A stretch of 64,000 nucleotides of DNA from Macrostomum hystrix (taxonomy: Eukaryota > Animalia > Platyhelminthes): NCBI GenBank assembly GCA_950097015.1, contig CATNEN010000003.1:2108001-2172000 (forward strand). Direction: 5' to 3'. The notes under the pieces are model-generated. The model saw only the letters and a program-made list of their open reading frames with translations. It did no database searches and was not told where the DNA came from. The translations under genes were made by a program, and so were the position numbers. Below are positions 23,647-36,959 of this stretch, one piece after another (position 1 is the first letter of the stretch; each line of letters begins with the position of its first letter).

Positions 23647-24960
23647 TGGATGACAATAACGGCTGCTTTGATAGGAGTTGCTTCTGCGTGACTTATTGTA
23701 ACCTCGCCCGTTCTGCCACTGCCAGCTGCCGGCATCTGACTCTTGGTCACTTTCTTCCGTTGGCAGAGAATCTCTCAAAAACATTCTATGCTTGTCTTGC
23801 TGTTGCTGCTGGTGCTGCTGCGACAAATGGTAATGGATTCTGTTTGACTTGGCGTATTCTCTCTTGTCGGAGATTGGAGTCAGAAATTCACTATCCTCAT
23901 CTTGTACAGCTTCTCTGCATATGTGCCGCTGCTGCTGCTGCTGCGGTTGCCGCAGACGGTGCTGGCCGTGACTATTGCGTGACTTGTAATCTCGCCTGTT
24001 CTGTGGTGGCGGAGGCGGTGGCGGTGGGAGACGTGACCTCGTTTGTCGCGATGCCATCGGCGGTGATGTCGGTGACATCGAATACGGCAACGGCTGCGGA
24101 GCAAGCGAAGGAACCGGCGCAAAAGGCAGCTTCATGCCGCGCTTTCCCTGAGACGAAATTCGAGAGCTGCATTTGTTGCAACAAAGACTTTCGAATGTCT
24201 GGATGAGCAGTGTCAGATCGACGTGCGGACAGCTGAAGAGGCTGTCAGATCGGCGAGATGCTTCACGCCAGCCCATAGCGCCGCGGGTCCCACGGCTGAT
24301 GCCTCCGCTGTTGCTACCATTGTAATTTTCAATTGAATCGAAGGCAATGCGAGGTCGTCGCTGCTGACGGTGACGACGCGTCCTCTCCTGCTGCCCCTGG
24401 ATGTCATTCTGCAGTAGCATGTCGTACTGTCGGAGCACGTCATCCGAGCCACTCGAAACATCCTGGTAGCCTTCGTACTGGTGGCAAGCTGAACGATCAG
24501 CAGCTCCACCTCCATGCACGCGACCATGCGCTGACTCAACCGGATACGCCTGTCGGCCCATCGTGGAGGCCATCGCCCGCCGGGTACTCGAACCGCAACG
24601 TACCGAGTTATCCAACCTTTGTTGGTTCTGCTGCATGTGCTGCAACTGCCGCTGTTGCTGCTGTTGCAATAGCAGATGCTGTTGTTGTTGCTGTTGCTGC
24701 TGCTGTTGCTGGGGCTCTTCGTCGCTCACGTCGGAGGGGAATTCTAACAAGTTGGCTGCGTCCAAGCCGCCATAGTTGTAGCGTGCTTGCTGTCGTTGAC
24801 GCCGAGAACTATGCGCCACGGGTCCTGAAACTTCGCCGCCGCCGCCGCCGCCGCCACCGCCGCCGCCTCCTCCATGGCCGTCGCCGTCGCTGCCATAGCC
24901 GCGACTTCTGAGATAGTCGCCAAATTTTGGCATTATTTCATTCGGATTGAAACGGGTCAT
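23320..24960 (-). CDS. Intronless 546-aa Q/G/P-rich, largely disordered protein of unknown function
   Basis: It is a long ATG-initiated ORF that is GC-rich relative to its flanks. It contains poly-G, poly-Q and poly-P tracts, an internal CxH...CCxxC cluster and a duplicated RDSLPTEE...SDQE..SDAG block. Confidence 0.7.
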
Positions 24961-25254
24961 TTCACCGACTTACTTCGACTTCATTGGAGCTGTCAATTTG
25001 CCATATCGCCATCAACAGATAGCTATAGTCATTTAAAACTAATTTCATTCTTCAGTGACATTCTATGGCCATTCTATTTGTATTTATTTTAGTCAAGGAC
25101 CAGCAGAAAAATCGATCGTTTGAATCATAGAGTTTGTCATTATTTGGTGTTGCATTCTGGCGCTGAAGATATCTAGTGCAATTTTATGAAGATTTTGGGT
25201 CTACTATACTAATTATACTTCAGTGTTTTTAGCAGAGCATTGTAGCCTGACAGG

Positions 25255-25400
25255 GGGTTTTTGACTAATGTAAAGGGCATCGGACTCACGACTAGAAGGT
25301 CGGGGGTTCGATTCCCGACTCCTGCGCTGCAACAATTTATGTCCTTTAGCAAGACACTTGACTCTGCTTTGACAAGATCAGCCAGCTGGTCTGTCAACCG
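25255..25400 (+). mobile_element. tRNA-derived SINE remnant with a CORE-like central block
   Basis: The Pol III B-box GGTTCGATTCC (about 25305-25315) is followed by TGTCCTTTAGCAAGACACTTGAC, resembling the conserved TGTCCTTGGGCAAGxCACTTAAC SINE core. The A-box is degenerate. Confidence 0.55.
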
Positions 25401-26884
25401 TACAGATACAGCCGGCACACACTCACAAGCACGCGTACATCTGTACATCCATGATGTACTTCTGTGTACACTTTTATTTCACACACTTTTCAAATTGCAT
25501 GAAAATTATGTGTTTAGCCCCCAAGCTTGAGCCTTAGTGTTTTGATCTATTTTTAGATTCTCTGCAGAAGGGTAAATCGAGTCTGGGCCAGCCCCGTGTT
25601 TACCTGCCTAATCGAACTGAAAATTTATCTTGATGTTTTGATCTTGCGCGATAGTTGTAATATTTTCTAAAACTGTATTGATGTTCTATCCGCAAACCTG
25701 AAGTTTGATCGAGCTGCTAAAATCGTCAATTTGTAAGTACTGTAGCTCGTAAATAGTAAAAGCGGATCTGGAGAATCTAATTTAACGGATGAGAACAGGT
25801 GAATCTAATTAATCTAAACATATTCGGAGTTTGTTCTAACCATGTTGTTTCTTTTGTCTTGGGATGGGAGTTGGAAAATTGAGATCTATTGGGATACCTC
25901 GTTAATTTCTTCTGCTAATATCTTATTTCAGCCACTGCTACTATTGCACAGACGATTATAAATGACAATGATCCCAATTATAGACAATAGCTTCAGTATA
26001 AGATAACACCTTTGCTGAAACGCTTCAGTAAGATTTGTCTATGGCTATATGTCAAATATGATAATAACCAACAACATAATACAAATATTATATTAACGAC
26101 TTATTTTATTGTGTATGGCTAGACCTAAGATTTATTATTTGTATAATGATTGTGACGTTATTAAAAAGCATCTTACTTTCAATTTTTGTGCGAAATTAAA
26201 TTACTTACACTATTTAAAAATTCTGATAATTCAATACTTATTAAATTTATTTTTGTAAACAGTATTTACTATTAATTTGTTTGATTGCTTCTTCAAAAGC
26301 GTAGTTCTTCAACAAAACTCTGGAATCAGTGTAATGAAATTTTATTTCCACGTGGTCGCCATTTTGTATTGTCTATTGGTAGTCTGAGTGGGAAAAGCAG
26401 TAAGGCAGGTAAAGTTGCATGCACGATAAGTGATTATTTAACATATCTAGTTACTCTTAAATTTATAACACCTACTAAATTTGCTGGTACCGGTTAGTTA
26501 GCAACGTAAAGGAAACTCAGAATATAGGAGTATGTTAATAATAATTCGTCTATTTTAGTATCTATAATGTAGTAATCACGAGTTTTTTAGTCCAAAGGGG
26601 CGAGGGCCTAAACTACTGTAACAACTTCGCTCCGTGCGTCACCTGTGCGTCACGGTTGGAACCAGCGTCTTTATATATTTATCTTGCACTCGTTAGGTCT
26701 AGTTATAAAATATGTACAATAGATAAAAAATTACTGTTAGATAGGCCCCTAGCTACTAGTTAGGCCTAGCTATAAGTTTTATAAAATGACTGGCTATCGA
26801 CTATACTTTAGTGGAATGTCTATATTAAATATTATAGAATTAGTATAATAGATAGAGCCTAGGCCTAGGTCAGGTGTAGCAAAG

Positions 26885-27313
26885 GGTACCTGGACACTTT
26901 GTCATCTTACAACTTCGTCATCCAGATGACAATCTGTCCAATATCCCAGAGGATGGATGACAAAGAGACTTAGACTTATGGACACTTTGTCATCTATAAA
27001 ACAAAGTTAGAACAGAACCATCCTCCCCACCCCTCCTCACATCGTGTTGGCACCTATCTTTCAACTCTTATATTAGGCCTATAATGAAATCAGTTGACAC
27101 CTCTTTTTGACAATTTAGAGTGTGAAGTGTGATCACACCTCTGCCCCACCACCCCACCGGCCACCCTTACTTTATTTATGACAAACTTGATTGCTTGTTA
27201 TTAGTAGATGATGAACTGACCAAACTTTAAAGCATGCCAATTGGCTGGATGACAAAGTGTCCTATCTTCCAAGTGGATGACAAAGTTGTAAGATGACAAA
27301 GTGTCTAGGATCC
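26885..27313. mobile_element. MITE of the Mutator (MULE) type
   Basis: The TIRs are about 40 bp (GGTACCTGGACACTTTGTCATCTTACAACTT / GGATCCTAGACACTTTGTCATCTTACAACTT). A perfect 9-bp TSD GTAGCAAAG lies at 26876-26884 and 27314-27322, and ACACTTTGTCATC subrepeats occur internally. Confidence 0.9.
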
Positions 27314-28439
27314 GTAGCAAAGCACTTAAGTTTAAGCCCAGCCTATCAAGTATATTTTTGCCTTGCCTACCCAAATGGATTTGATTAATTAGGCCTAGTT
27401 TAAGTGTTTGACTAGGACCTTTCTACATGATTATGTTGGCTATACATAGCTATAAATAGGCCCAGTCTATCAATTAAGTTATGCTAGGTCCCTACATTAG
27501 AGCCTATAGGAAATGGACCTGAGCTAGGCTGACAGAGCAAAGCATGTCTCCAAACTAGACCTAAAGCATGCATTTTGATGCTTCCCTGCTTTTTCAGGCT
27601 ACTATGTGGCTGGTAAGTTGTGTTTTATTATTATTATTATCCTCAGAGAAGTAGCAAATTTAAATGTTTTGATGAAAAGGATTGCTAAGACTTAGCAAAA
27701 ACATTTACTATCAAACCTAATAAAGGAACTAACTATTACAATAATGTTAGTTGCATCTAGGCCTTAGTATTAGTAATTAGTAATTAGTAATAGTTATTAG
27801 TATTCCTACAACATAAATTAGCTATGGGTCTTTACTTTTTAGCCTGGTAAATTATGAAATAATTTAATTTTTAATTAAATAATTCATTAGTTAATTGCTT
27901 TATTTAATTAATTCATTAAATAATTGCTTTAATTAATTTATTAATTAATTAATTAAGCTTGTTGTTTTAGCTATGCCTTTGGCTTATATAATTCAAAGTT
28001 TTAGTCAAACATGAACCTTTTAATATTACAATTTTACAAATTTAGCTACCTTAACAGGGCCTAGGCTACAATCTCAATTTGATCTCTTCAGGTAAAGTTT
28101 ATTCTAGGTGGTTTTTACTCTCTACTTAACACAGGTAATTTTCCTATCCTTTACCAAACACTTAAATTTGGTAGACCTGAAAAGGGCCATTTTAACTCCA
28201 CAAATCTTACTATGAGGGACTGCTTGCACATGGAATAAAGCCATAACTTACTAGGGTCCCTATATGAGTAAGTAGACTACAAATAAAAAATGTTGTTCAA
28301 AGCAGCCTTTGCTTCCTGCCAGTCTTTTTTTCCTGTGTGTGAAAGATCTTTAGCCAGCTTTTTCATTCAAATATTTATAATAAGCATGGCCATTATTTAA
28401 ATAGATGGAGCTTTTGAGACTTTTGAGATTCAGGGAACA

Positions 28440-28790
28440 GATCAATAGACATGGGCAGATTCTCCTGAATAGCTACATCACTAGAGAATCCACTGCTGTA
28501 GCTGGCATGCCAAACAAGTCTTCTGCATTTAGTAGCACCCGCAAAATATTGCTGCTAGGAAAAATCTGCCTGTCAGTTCCTTCCTTGTTCCTTCTTCCTT
28601 GTTTTACAACAGTGAGTGAGCAATGTCTGCGTGAATCTCCTAGTGTCTCAGAGATTGCAATCAGAACTGACCTGCACAGAGCACATTCAACTGCTTTCAT
28701 CATTCTTCAGATGACCACGCCTACAATATAGTACACAATGGACTGGCAAATTTCACACCAATGCATTCTTGCAGTGTTGGATTGAACCGC
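28440..28790 (-). pseudogene. C-terminal fragment of a P-element/THAP9-like transposase
   Basis: KAVECALCRSVL...IFPSSNILRVLLNAEDLF resembles THAP9-like C-termini, preceded by a CRGLRFNPT motif. Confidence 0.45.
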
Positions 28791-28872
28791 AGACCCCGGC
28801 AACAGTGGAAAAAGCAAAAACATTTCTGACAAGCCACTTTATCTGAAACCAAGGCAAATCTGCAGTTAATTA

Positions 28873-30900
28873 TTAGTAGGAATCGGCAGACTGACTGGAG
28901 AGCTTCGCAATATTCCGCGTCCTTCCGCACTCTGAATCGCCAGAAACTTCCCTAGCCAGGTTCTTCATCATGCAGTTGAAGAACGCTTTAGACGATCCTG
29001 TCTTCACATCATATCCATGGCTGCATGTTGTGAGGTGGGTGAATGATTCTAGAAAAAGTGCGTCGTCGGTCATTTCGTCCACGAGTCCACAAAATTCCAG
29101 CTGCTGCTGCTGAGCGCACATGAACTCCTTCAATGTCTCCTTTCGCCGAATCTCTTCGAAAATTTTCCAGCAATGAGTGCCCAAAGCAAAAGCAAACTCA
29201 GTTGGCTGGCAGAGACCACCTTGGTTGATCTGGTCAATGAGGGAGGAGGCCTGTGCTGGAACCCAGTCAGCATCCAACTGCGCGGCAGCATCTTCCTCTA
29301 ACAGCAGTTCTCTGCACGAATATTGCTGCTAGGAAAAATCTGGCTGTCAGTTCCTTCCTTGTTCTAAATATTTTTTACAACAGTGAGTGAGAAATGTCTG
29401 CGTGAATCTCCTAGTTCTCCTAGTTTTCATCGCAGTTCTCTGCACGAATCACACCTTTGGTTTTTCACCAGAGTTCGTCGGGCAACAGCGGCAATGACGT
29501 AATAAATTACCGTCTGATCAGCAGGAGCTGGCTCGCAATAAATGTCTAGCTTTACGGCCAAGTTGTTGACACACTCCTGAACAGAGCTGCTGCTGTCGTC
29601 AGGCTTATCGATTGTAGCGTCAATCTCCTTAAGTGAGAATTCAGAATATTTCAGCAGACTTACAGTGGCGATCTTCCTGCTGTTCTCCTTGACCTGACGA
29701 GCGGAAATGTAAAAATTGGCTCCTGACATCTGACGTAGCCATCCAAATCGAGTCAGACTGCAGTGCTCCAAGGAGAACAAATGAAAATCCTTCATGATCC
29801 AGAAGATGAGCTGCGCAGGCGGCCAGAGCACGACAAGTCACTCGACAAGCAAGGAACGTTTCTTTAGACAAGCCAGGATACCCAGACTTCTCCCAGCTCT
29901 GCAATATGTAACATGGAGCTATAAATATTATTGAGTACCGCGGCCTTCGAGTCAACATAAAAAATGCAATCAAAAGCCTTACCTCTAGAAATTCGGCAAA
30001 CTCCAGAAGAAATTGCAGCTTCCAGTCAAGCGAAGAGCGCACAGCACAAGGCTGATGAAATCTGCAGTGGCCTGCCAGATCTTGCCTTCGTGCTCTGTGT
30101 AGTATCACAGCGCATTTAGAGTGCTCTCATCGAAGACCGCCGCTGCCAGCTTCACCGAAGTTTTCTCAATGCTCTTTGGATTAAGCACGGCAGGGCTGAA
30201 CTTGTGCGCTAGCTTCAATGGCTTGGTTGCTTCCAGCTCGTAGAGCCGAACAACTTGTGTCCAAAGTGAGCCTCAGACACTTGTGGCCGAATTGGAAAGG
30301 CTGGAAACCGAAATTCTCCTCGGATTTGAAAGTTATTGTAGATGTTCTTCAAAATTGTGCACTGGATCGAACAGCACAAAAACAGGTTGTCCAGTTACTT
30401 CATCCATGAAGCAAAGGTTGAAGTTGTTGCCGCACAGGCCTCTGACAAACTTGCGGTTCACTGCGGCATTATGAACGCACACTGCACAAACAGTGAAATT
30501 CAACTTTCTTAAGACACTCATCGCCTGGTGAAACCATTCTGTAAGTTTCTTCGCAGTCAATGTTGCAACGGCATGCATCACAATCATGCCCTTGTATTGA
30601 CTCGCTACAGAGCGGATCATGAAGCAGCAGTGTCTTTGCTGTATCTCCATCTGCATCCAGTCCATTCAATTGACCATTGTTGCACTCAACCCGATTGGCA
30701 ATGTAGATCTCATCGATCGCAAGGACGAAAACTTTCTCAACTTGTTCAAGCTTAGATACCCGAAGTTTAAGATAGCCTTCGTTATCCAGACCTACCTTAG
30801 AACCAACTCTAGCTGTGATCGACCTCAAAGTGCGATCAGATTGCAGACAAAGTACTTCCTGCTCCAGCATGGTCTTGTATGCAGCGGCACTGATTTAGTA
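28873..30900 (-). pseudogene. Decayed P-element-superfamily transposase (copy 1), with an 84-bp intron at 29899-29982
   Basis: Fragments across several frames: LAIDEIY, FMIRSV, FVLFDPVHNF, LGALQSD/FGWLRQMSGANFY, YYVxxAVAR...CDSC, GGLCQP. Confidence 0.75.
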
Positions 30901-30929
30901 AATTAAATACGCAAAAACGAAAAGCTCAT

Positions 30930-31595
30930 GCGAGTACCTGCGAGCAGAGGCTGGCTTCCTAGCACCGACTGTAGGTGATCGAGAAACAGTCGGTTAAAAA
31001 GCTTCGCGGTGCAGGACATAAGCGAGATCCCTCGGTGATCTTCTTTCCGCGTTGTCCGGGCCTTCTTCGGGATCGGCACGATGCTACGGTCCACTCGGTG
31101 GACACGGGCGCCGGCGAGCACGCGGTTCATGGCGCTGTGACTTGGGAAGTCACACAGCGGAGCGGCAGCGCCTCGACCGGAACCTCGTCGGGGCCGAGCG
31201 CCTTGCCGCCAGATGTTCTCCGAGCGAACCGCACAACATCCTCCACGGTGACTGGGCTGTTGCGAAAATCCTCCTCAGCTGGCAGGGCCGTGTCCGTCGG
31301 CAGTGCGAAACTAGGTGGCAGCGGGGGCGAGGGCGCGTTCACAATGCCGGCGAAGAAGTCGCGCAATTCATTCCTGCGCTCCTCCGGAGTGTCGCCGGTC
31401 AGATTTAGCGCCACACGCCTCTTGCGCCCCGTCAGGGTCCGAACGGCCGTCCACACTGCGCGGCTCCTCACGTCGGGGCCAGCTGCTGTGATTGACTGGA
31501 TGGCGTCGTCGACTGCGGCCTGCTGCCGCGTGTCCATAAGACGCGCGAGCGCCTCCTCACCAGTGGGCCGTCGGGTCTTCGGAGTCGCCATGGCA
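30930..31595 (-). mobile_element. Internal fragment of a non-LTR retrotransposon (pre-RT region and start of RT)
   Basis: It has KALGPDEVPVE and IVPIPKK...DHRGISLMSCTAKLFNR motifs and is a GC-rich insert within AT-richer transposase DNA. Confidence 0.8.
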
Positions 31596-32760
31596 GTTGG
31601 TGAGGAAGCTGAGGAAGCCAGTCTTTGCGGTTTCTACTATCCTGCAGCCAGCCGGAGTTTCAAGGCTACGAAGAAGTTCGATCGAGCTAGAGAAGAAATC
31701 GATCCAATCCGACTGATAGTCAGCTCTAAGAGAGCCATAACTCACCAGCCGCTTGGAATTGAAAACGTCTAACAAATCATTTATGTGCTCAATGAAATAT
31801 GCCGTCACAAGCACGTCAGAGTGCTCAAATCCGATCACGCCTTGCTGATGCACCAATCGCAAAGAGTCGGCCACTAACTTGCTTACCAGTTGTGATGCCA
31901 AATAAACTATCTTTAAATTAGCAAAGTTAATGTGATGCCTGCTTAACTTTTTTCCAAGTCGGAGGCCATGGCTTTCTTGTACTTCCTGCAGCATGGAAAC
32001 ATATTTCCGTTCAATATTTCCTTCTGTTCGCCCAAAAAATCTTCCCAGTGACTGCCACTGATTGCGAACCAGCTTTAACATATGAGGCACATCTAGGAAG
32101 GCTGCAGCCTGAATGCTAGGATCGCAGGGGTGCGGGAAGCAGGCGAGGACATCATTCGAAGAACTTATCCTAGAGCCAAGGAGTTTGATCGCTTGAATGT
32201 TGTGCTGGGTTCCATCGCACGTGATTAAGGTTGCTATGACGCCAACCTGGTACAATCGCTGAATGGAGTACTCTACAACGCTCAACTCCATTCACTAGAA
32301 AATACCCTAATGGGAGCTTCCAAGTTCGAGGAATTTTTAGTCATGTCAGTAGGCAAGCTGTGGCACTGAGAGAATTGGATGCGGATAAGCCCGAATGTAC
32401 CAAGTTTTCCTATAAGACTTCTTCACCTGACAATTCTTAATAAGACTTATTCCTCGTAGCCAAAAAACATACCTTCATCTGAATTCCATTCAATCATCGA
32501 CTCCAGCGACATTTCATCAGCAACAACGTTGCAATAGTCAAAGGCTTGGCCGTCAGTGGAGCTGCGTCGCCATGAAAGTTCCTGGAAAGCCTGATCGCAA
32601 AATCCTGGAGAGCACTTTGTATTTGAGAGCCATTTTCTAAGTGACGCAGGGTGTGGAGGCTTAAAGTACTTTCGAACATATTCATAAGCCTTCGGACTGT
32701 AGAAGTGCAATGTAGAGGCGAACAGAGATGAATGTAAAACACACCAAGTTCTTACTAATA
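31596..32760 (-). pseudogene. Decayed THAP9/P-element transposase (copy 2), N-terminal and catalytic part
   Basis: Motifs HFYSPKAYEYVRK...LRKW, ADEMSL, ITCDG, FLDVPHMLKLVRN, KLSRHHI and INDLLDVFNS. Confidence 0.85.
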
Positions 32761-32768
32761 GGCTTGAA

Positions 32769-33753
32769 CTAGCATGTTTTGCCCCCCCCTTCGGGGAGCA
32801 GAAATATTTTTAATTCGTCTTGTATATACTTTTTAGCAGCTCTATTTTCAGCTTTTTTAAGCTACAATGATCACCCAGTTGATAATGATCCCCCAGTTGA
32901 CAATGATCACCCAGTTGACAATGATCCCCCAGTTGACAATGATACCCCAGTTGACAATGATCCCCCAGTTGATGATGATCACCCAGTTGACAATGATCCC
33001 CCAGTTGGCCATGATCCCCCAGTTGACAATAATCCCCCAATTGACAATGATCCCCCAGTTGACAATGATCCCCCAGTTGACAATGATCCCCCAGTCGACA
33101 ATGATTCCCCAGTTGACCATGATCCCCCATTTGATGATGATCCCCCAGTTGACAATTATCCTCCAGTTTACCATGATCCCCCCAGTTGACGATTATCCCC
33201 TAGTTCTGGTTTAGCCATGATTCAAACGCTGGGTTAGCCATGATTCAAGCTCTGGTTTAGCCATGATTAAAACTCTGGTTTAGCCATGATTCAAACTCTG
33301 GATTAGCCATGATTCAAAATCTGGTTTTTCCAAGATTCAAACTCTGGTTGGCTATGATTCAAACTCTGGTTTAGCCATGATTCAAACTCTGGATTAGCCA
33401 TGATTCAAACTCTGGTTTTGCAATGATTCAAACTCTGGTTGGCCATGATTCAAACTCTGTTTTAGCCATGATTGAAACTCTGGTTTAGCCACGATTCAAG
33501 CTATGGTTTAGCCATGATTCAAACTATGGTTTAGCCATGATTCAAACGCTGGGTTAGCCATGATTCAAACTCTTGTTTAGCCATGATTGAAGCTCTAGTT
33601 TAGCAATGATTAAAACTCTGGTTAGCCATGATTCAAGCTCTGGTTTAGCCATGATTCAAACTCTGGATTAGCCATGATTCAAACTCTGGTTTAGCCATGA
33701 TTCAAACTCTGGTTTAGCCATGATTCAAACTCTGGTTGGCCATGATTCAAACT
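32769..33753 (-). mobile_element. 3' part of a third satellite-bearing Helitron (18-bp array about 32865-33200; 23-bp array about 33205-33753)
   Basis: The same 3' hairpin and CTAG|T end are on the minus strand at 32769, with the same order of the two satellites. The 5' part is replaced by a Gypsy fragment. Confidence 0.85.
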
Positions 33754-35005
33754 CGCGGCCTGTGCTGAAATCCCTTGATGTGCCCGAGTCCTCTGGTCAG
33801 CTGGTCAAACCGGCTCTGGATCCAGTCAGGCAGGGCTCTGTCACCGACCGTCTCCACCCGTTCACCGTCTGCCGTAACGATCTGCAGTCCCAGCTGATCC
33901 ATGAGATCGCAGCCCAGGATGTCGGAGCCCGTCTTGACCACGCTGATGTTGCAGTATGGCACGACCTTTTCCTTGAGCTGCACGGACACTAGAACGTCGC
34001 CGAGCACTTGGATTTCGCTGCCGTTGAACGCAACCAGCTTCCGAGATGACGCTTGCTACGGCACCTTGGACAAGAGCCTCCCGTAGGTCGCCTTAGTGAT
34101 GATGGACACCCGGGAGCCGGAATCCACGAGCAGCTTGACAGGCAGTCCGTTCAGCAGCACCTCACAGTACTTGCTGGCTGCCACGGCCGTTTTCACTGTG
34201 CAGACAGAGTAGTCGTCAAGCTGTCGCACCTGGCCTCCACTCCTGCAGACCCTGGCGAAATGCCCCAGCTTCGCGCAGGCCTTGCATTCCTTGCCTTTTG
34301 CAGGGCAGGTCTGTCCACGCTGATGCGCTCCCTTGCCGCAGTTGCCACAGTTCCGGCCGGAGTAGGAGACCGGCCTTGGTGTCTCCTGCCGCTCTGCTGT
34401 CGCCTTGCCTTTCCAGCTATCAGGCCGTCGACTGTTGACGTTCTGGACCCCCTGTGCGATACCGGAGTCTGCGCGGTTGCCTCCCTTTAAGGCCTGGGCT
34501 TCGAGCAATCCGGTCTCCAGCCGTTCGGCGAGCTGAACGGCGGTTTCCAGGGTCAGCTTCGGCTCCATCAACAGTCGCTCACAGATGTGGTTGCTGAGCA
34601 CCTTCTCGATGAGTTGATCCCTCAGCATCTCTTCCTGGAAAGTCTTGAAGTCGCAGTTGGCTGCCAGCCTCCGCAGTGCGGCGATGAAGTCGCTGATTTT
34701 CTCGCCAGGCCGCTGAGCTCTCTGCCGGAACCGGTGCCGTTCGGCCACGACGTTGACCTTCGGCCCGAAATGCTTGTCCAGCAGCTGCAGAGTCGCCACC
34801 ACGGTTTTCGGCTTTTCTCTTTCGTCCACCGGCTGAATCGACATGAAGATGTAGAAGTTGATGCACCCAGGCAGTGGATGAGCAGGGCCTGTCGTCTCGG
34901 CTCGGGCAGGTCGATGGCTCCCGATGCTAGCAGGTAGTTGCTGAACATCGCCTTCCACCGAGTCCAGTCGATCAGCGGCGGTCCAGCAGCTGACAGAAAC
35001 GGCTT
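33754..35005 (-). pseudogene. Ty3/Gypsy gag-protease fragment (frameshifted, truncated before RT)
   Basis: Gag has ERHRFRQRAQRPGE...LRDQ and a CCHC knuckle CKACAKLGHFARVC. The aspartyl protease has VDSGS and ILGCDL. Confidence 0.85.
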
Positions 35006-36620
35006 ATCTTATGTGTAAATTTAGAATGCTGTGCTGCGGTACCATGGTCCCACAACTGTTCGATTTCTCTTGGCTTTTGACCCCCTGGTATTATTTCAAG
35101 CGAGCATAAACATCTGCCCATTTTCTGAAAAGTAGCATTAAAAACATTCCAAAGCGAAATCAGTCATGCTCGAAGCTGTTAATTACAGGCGCCGCAAATA
35201 CATACTTGCCCACGTGACAAATGCTTATAAAATGAGTTGTAAGAGAGCTTGAATTCACAGCAACAGTGCATCCACCATGCAAGTATAAAATGGACAATGT
35301 TTGTCCAGGAGTCTCAAAGCATCTTCGCACTGAGCATCAAGCGAAAAGAAGTTTCCTCTAAGAAGGATGTCCTTTGAATGGCGAAATAAATGACAAACCA
35401 GAAAGAACTTAACACCACGTTGAATAATACTTTCAATGCGCAAACAGCATATCTCACCAAAAATGGTACCTACTGCCAAATGCGAGTTTGTTCGATGCCT
35501 CTGATCGGCAGCTGAAACAGAAAACACAAGCCCATTAACCCGCAGACTGCGAATTCGACAAGTATTTGAGACGTACGAAAATCCAGACTAGATCTCGGGG
35601 TGGCTCCAGCATTTTTCTTTGTCAAAGATAACAAGACACAAATGACTTTGATGCCAGCTTTTTGGCTTAAAAACAAGAAGTTGGCATAGTAGGTTATGAA
35701 AAAGTATGTTAAATCTTATATATATATTTGTTAACTGGGACAGATATAGTGGGTATGATGGTCATAGCCACAGAGATGAATACATATAGAGTCAGGAAAT
35801 TCAATTTTCATTTCCTATGAATATAACTATAATAGGCTAGCCATCTAAAATAGTTGGTAACTAATATGCAACATTTGCATGCCTTAATATACAAACTGAA
35901 AGCAATGTGTTACATACTTAGTTCGCACTTAGTTACATATTAAGTTAGTTTTAACTTAGATATTTGACAATGACAATTATACTATGAATCCCATAATGGT
36001 CATAGCTATCATTATGAATATTAATATTAATATTAATAAAAAGTAATTCATGTGCCCATTATCTATTTACTGAAATTAAAAGTTTTAGATTAAAGTTGAT
36101 AGTTATAATGAAATATATTCAAATATTAGATCTATGGAAATTCCTAAATAAAATTTATAAAAAGCTAAACCTTCATGTTTTATTTTGGAAAAAAAGCCAT
36201 TGAATTTTACTAAATTTTCAAAAGCATCTCTTAAAATTAGATAAGACATTAAAATATTAAGATTTTGTTTATTGCAAAGACCACTTTTATCATGACTTAA
36301 TATCATATTAAGTCATTTAATATCATATCCTATTATCATATCAAAGCCAGGCATAGGCACTTATCCCAAGTGCTTAGCCTTAGTTATCACAGATAGAGTG
36401 CTTTTACAGCACTCTTTGAGTTTGAAGAAAATGAGAATTTCAAAGAACAAGTCTGTTCCAGATTTATATTGAAGAAGCAGGCCAATCTGAGATCAATGAC
36501 CATGGACAAAATTTTCAAACTTACAAAGTCCACCATAATTTAACAGTAATACTATTACTAATTATAGGCTTAAGTAGGGCCCAAAGTCCCAAACCATCAA
36601 ACACAAAAAAGTGTTGATTC

Positions 36621-36935
36621 TACAACAACAACAACAAGAGACGCTAGCCCCAACAGTCAGGGAGGCAGCGTCAGATGGCGCGCCGCAGAGCCAGCGCGCG
36701 AACATGGTCCGCGCCCCGGCGGGCGCCGGTGTCGGGCGCCCCGGCGTCGCTCAGCAAGCAGTCGACATAGCGGCGGGTCCGAGCCTGGCCGCGCCTGAAC
36801 GGGCCCTGCAGGGTGAGCAGCAGGACGTCCTGGGCAGACTGGCGGCAGTAGCTCTCGGCCCGAATAACGTGGCCCGCTAGCCGAAGTCGCCGCTGGCGCA
36901 GGATGGTGGTCCCGAAAATCGGCATCCAGCTGGCG
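36621..36935 (-). mobile_element. 3' end of an RTE-like LINE with a (TTG)n tail
   Basis: The C-terminus is RQRRLRLAGHVIR...RRGQARTRRY. A (CAA)n tract at 36623-36637 corresponds to a (TTG)n tail on the minus strand. Confidence 0.75.
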
Positions 36936-36959
36936 CCCTGTTGAGCGGGACTGGGACTT

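Noticed and set aside
25262-25330. Possible tRNA gene
   Set aside because: It has a B-box but no complete cloverleaf, and it continues into a SINE-core-like block.
35255-35676. Short minus-strand ORFs that may be transposase remnants
   Set aside because: I could not assign any motif with confidence.
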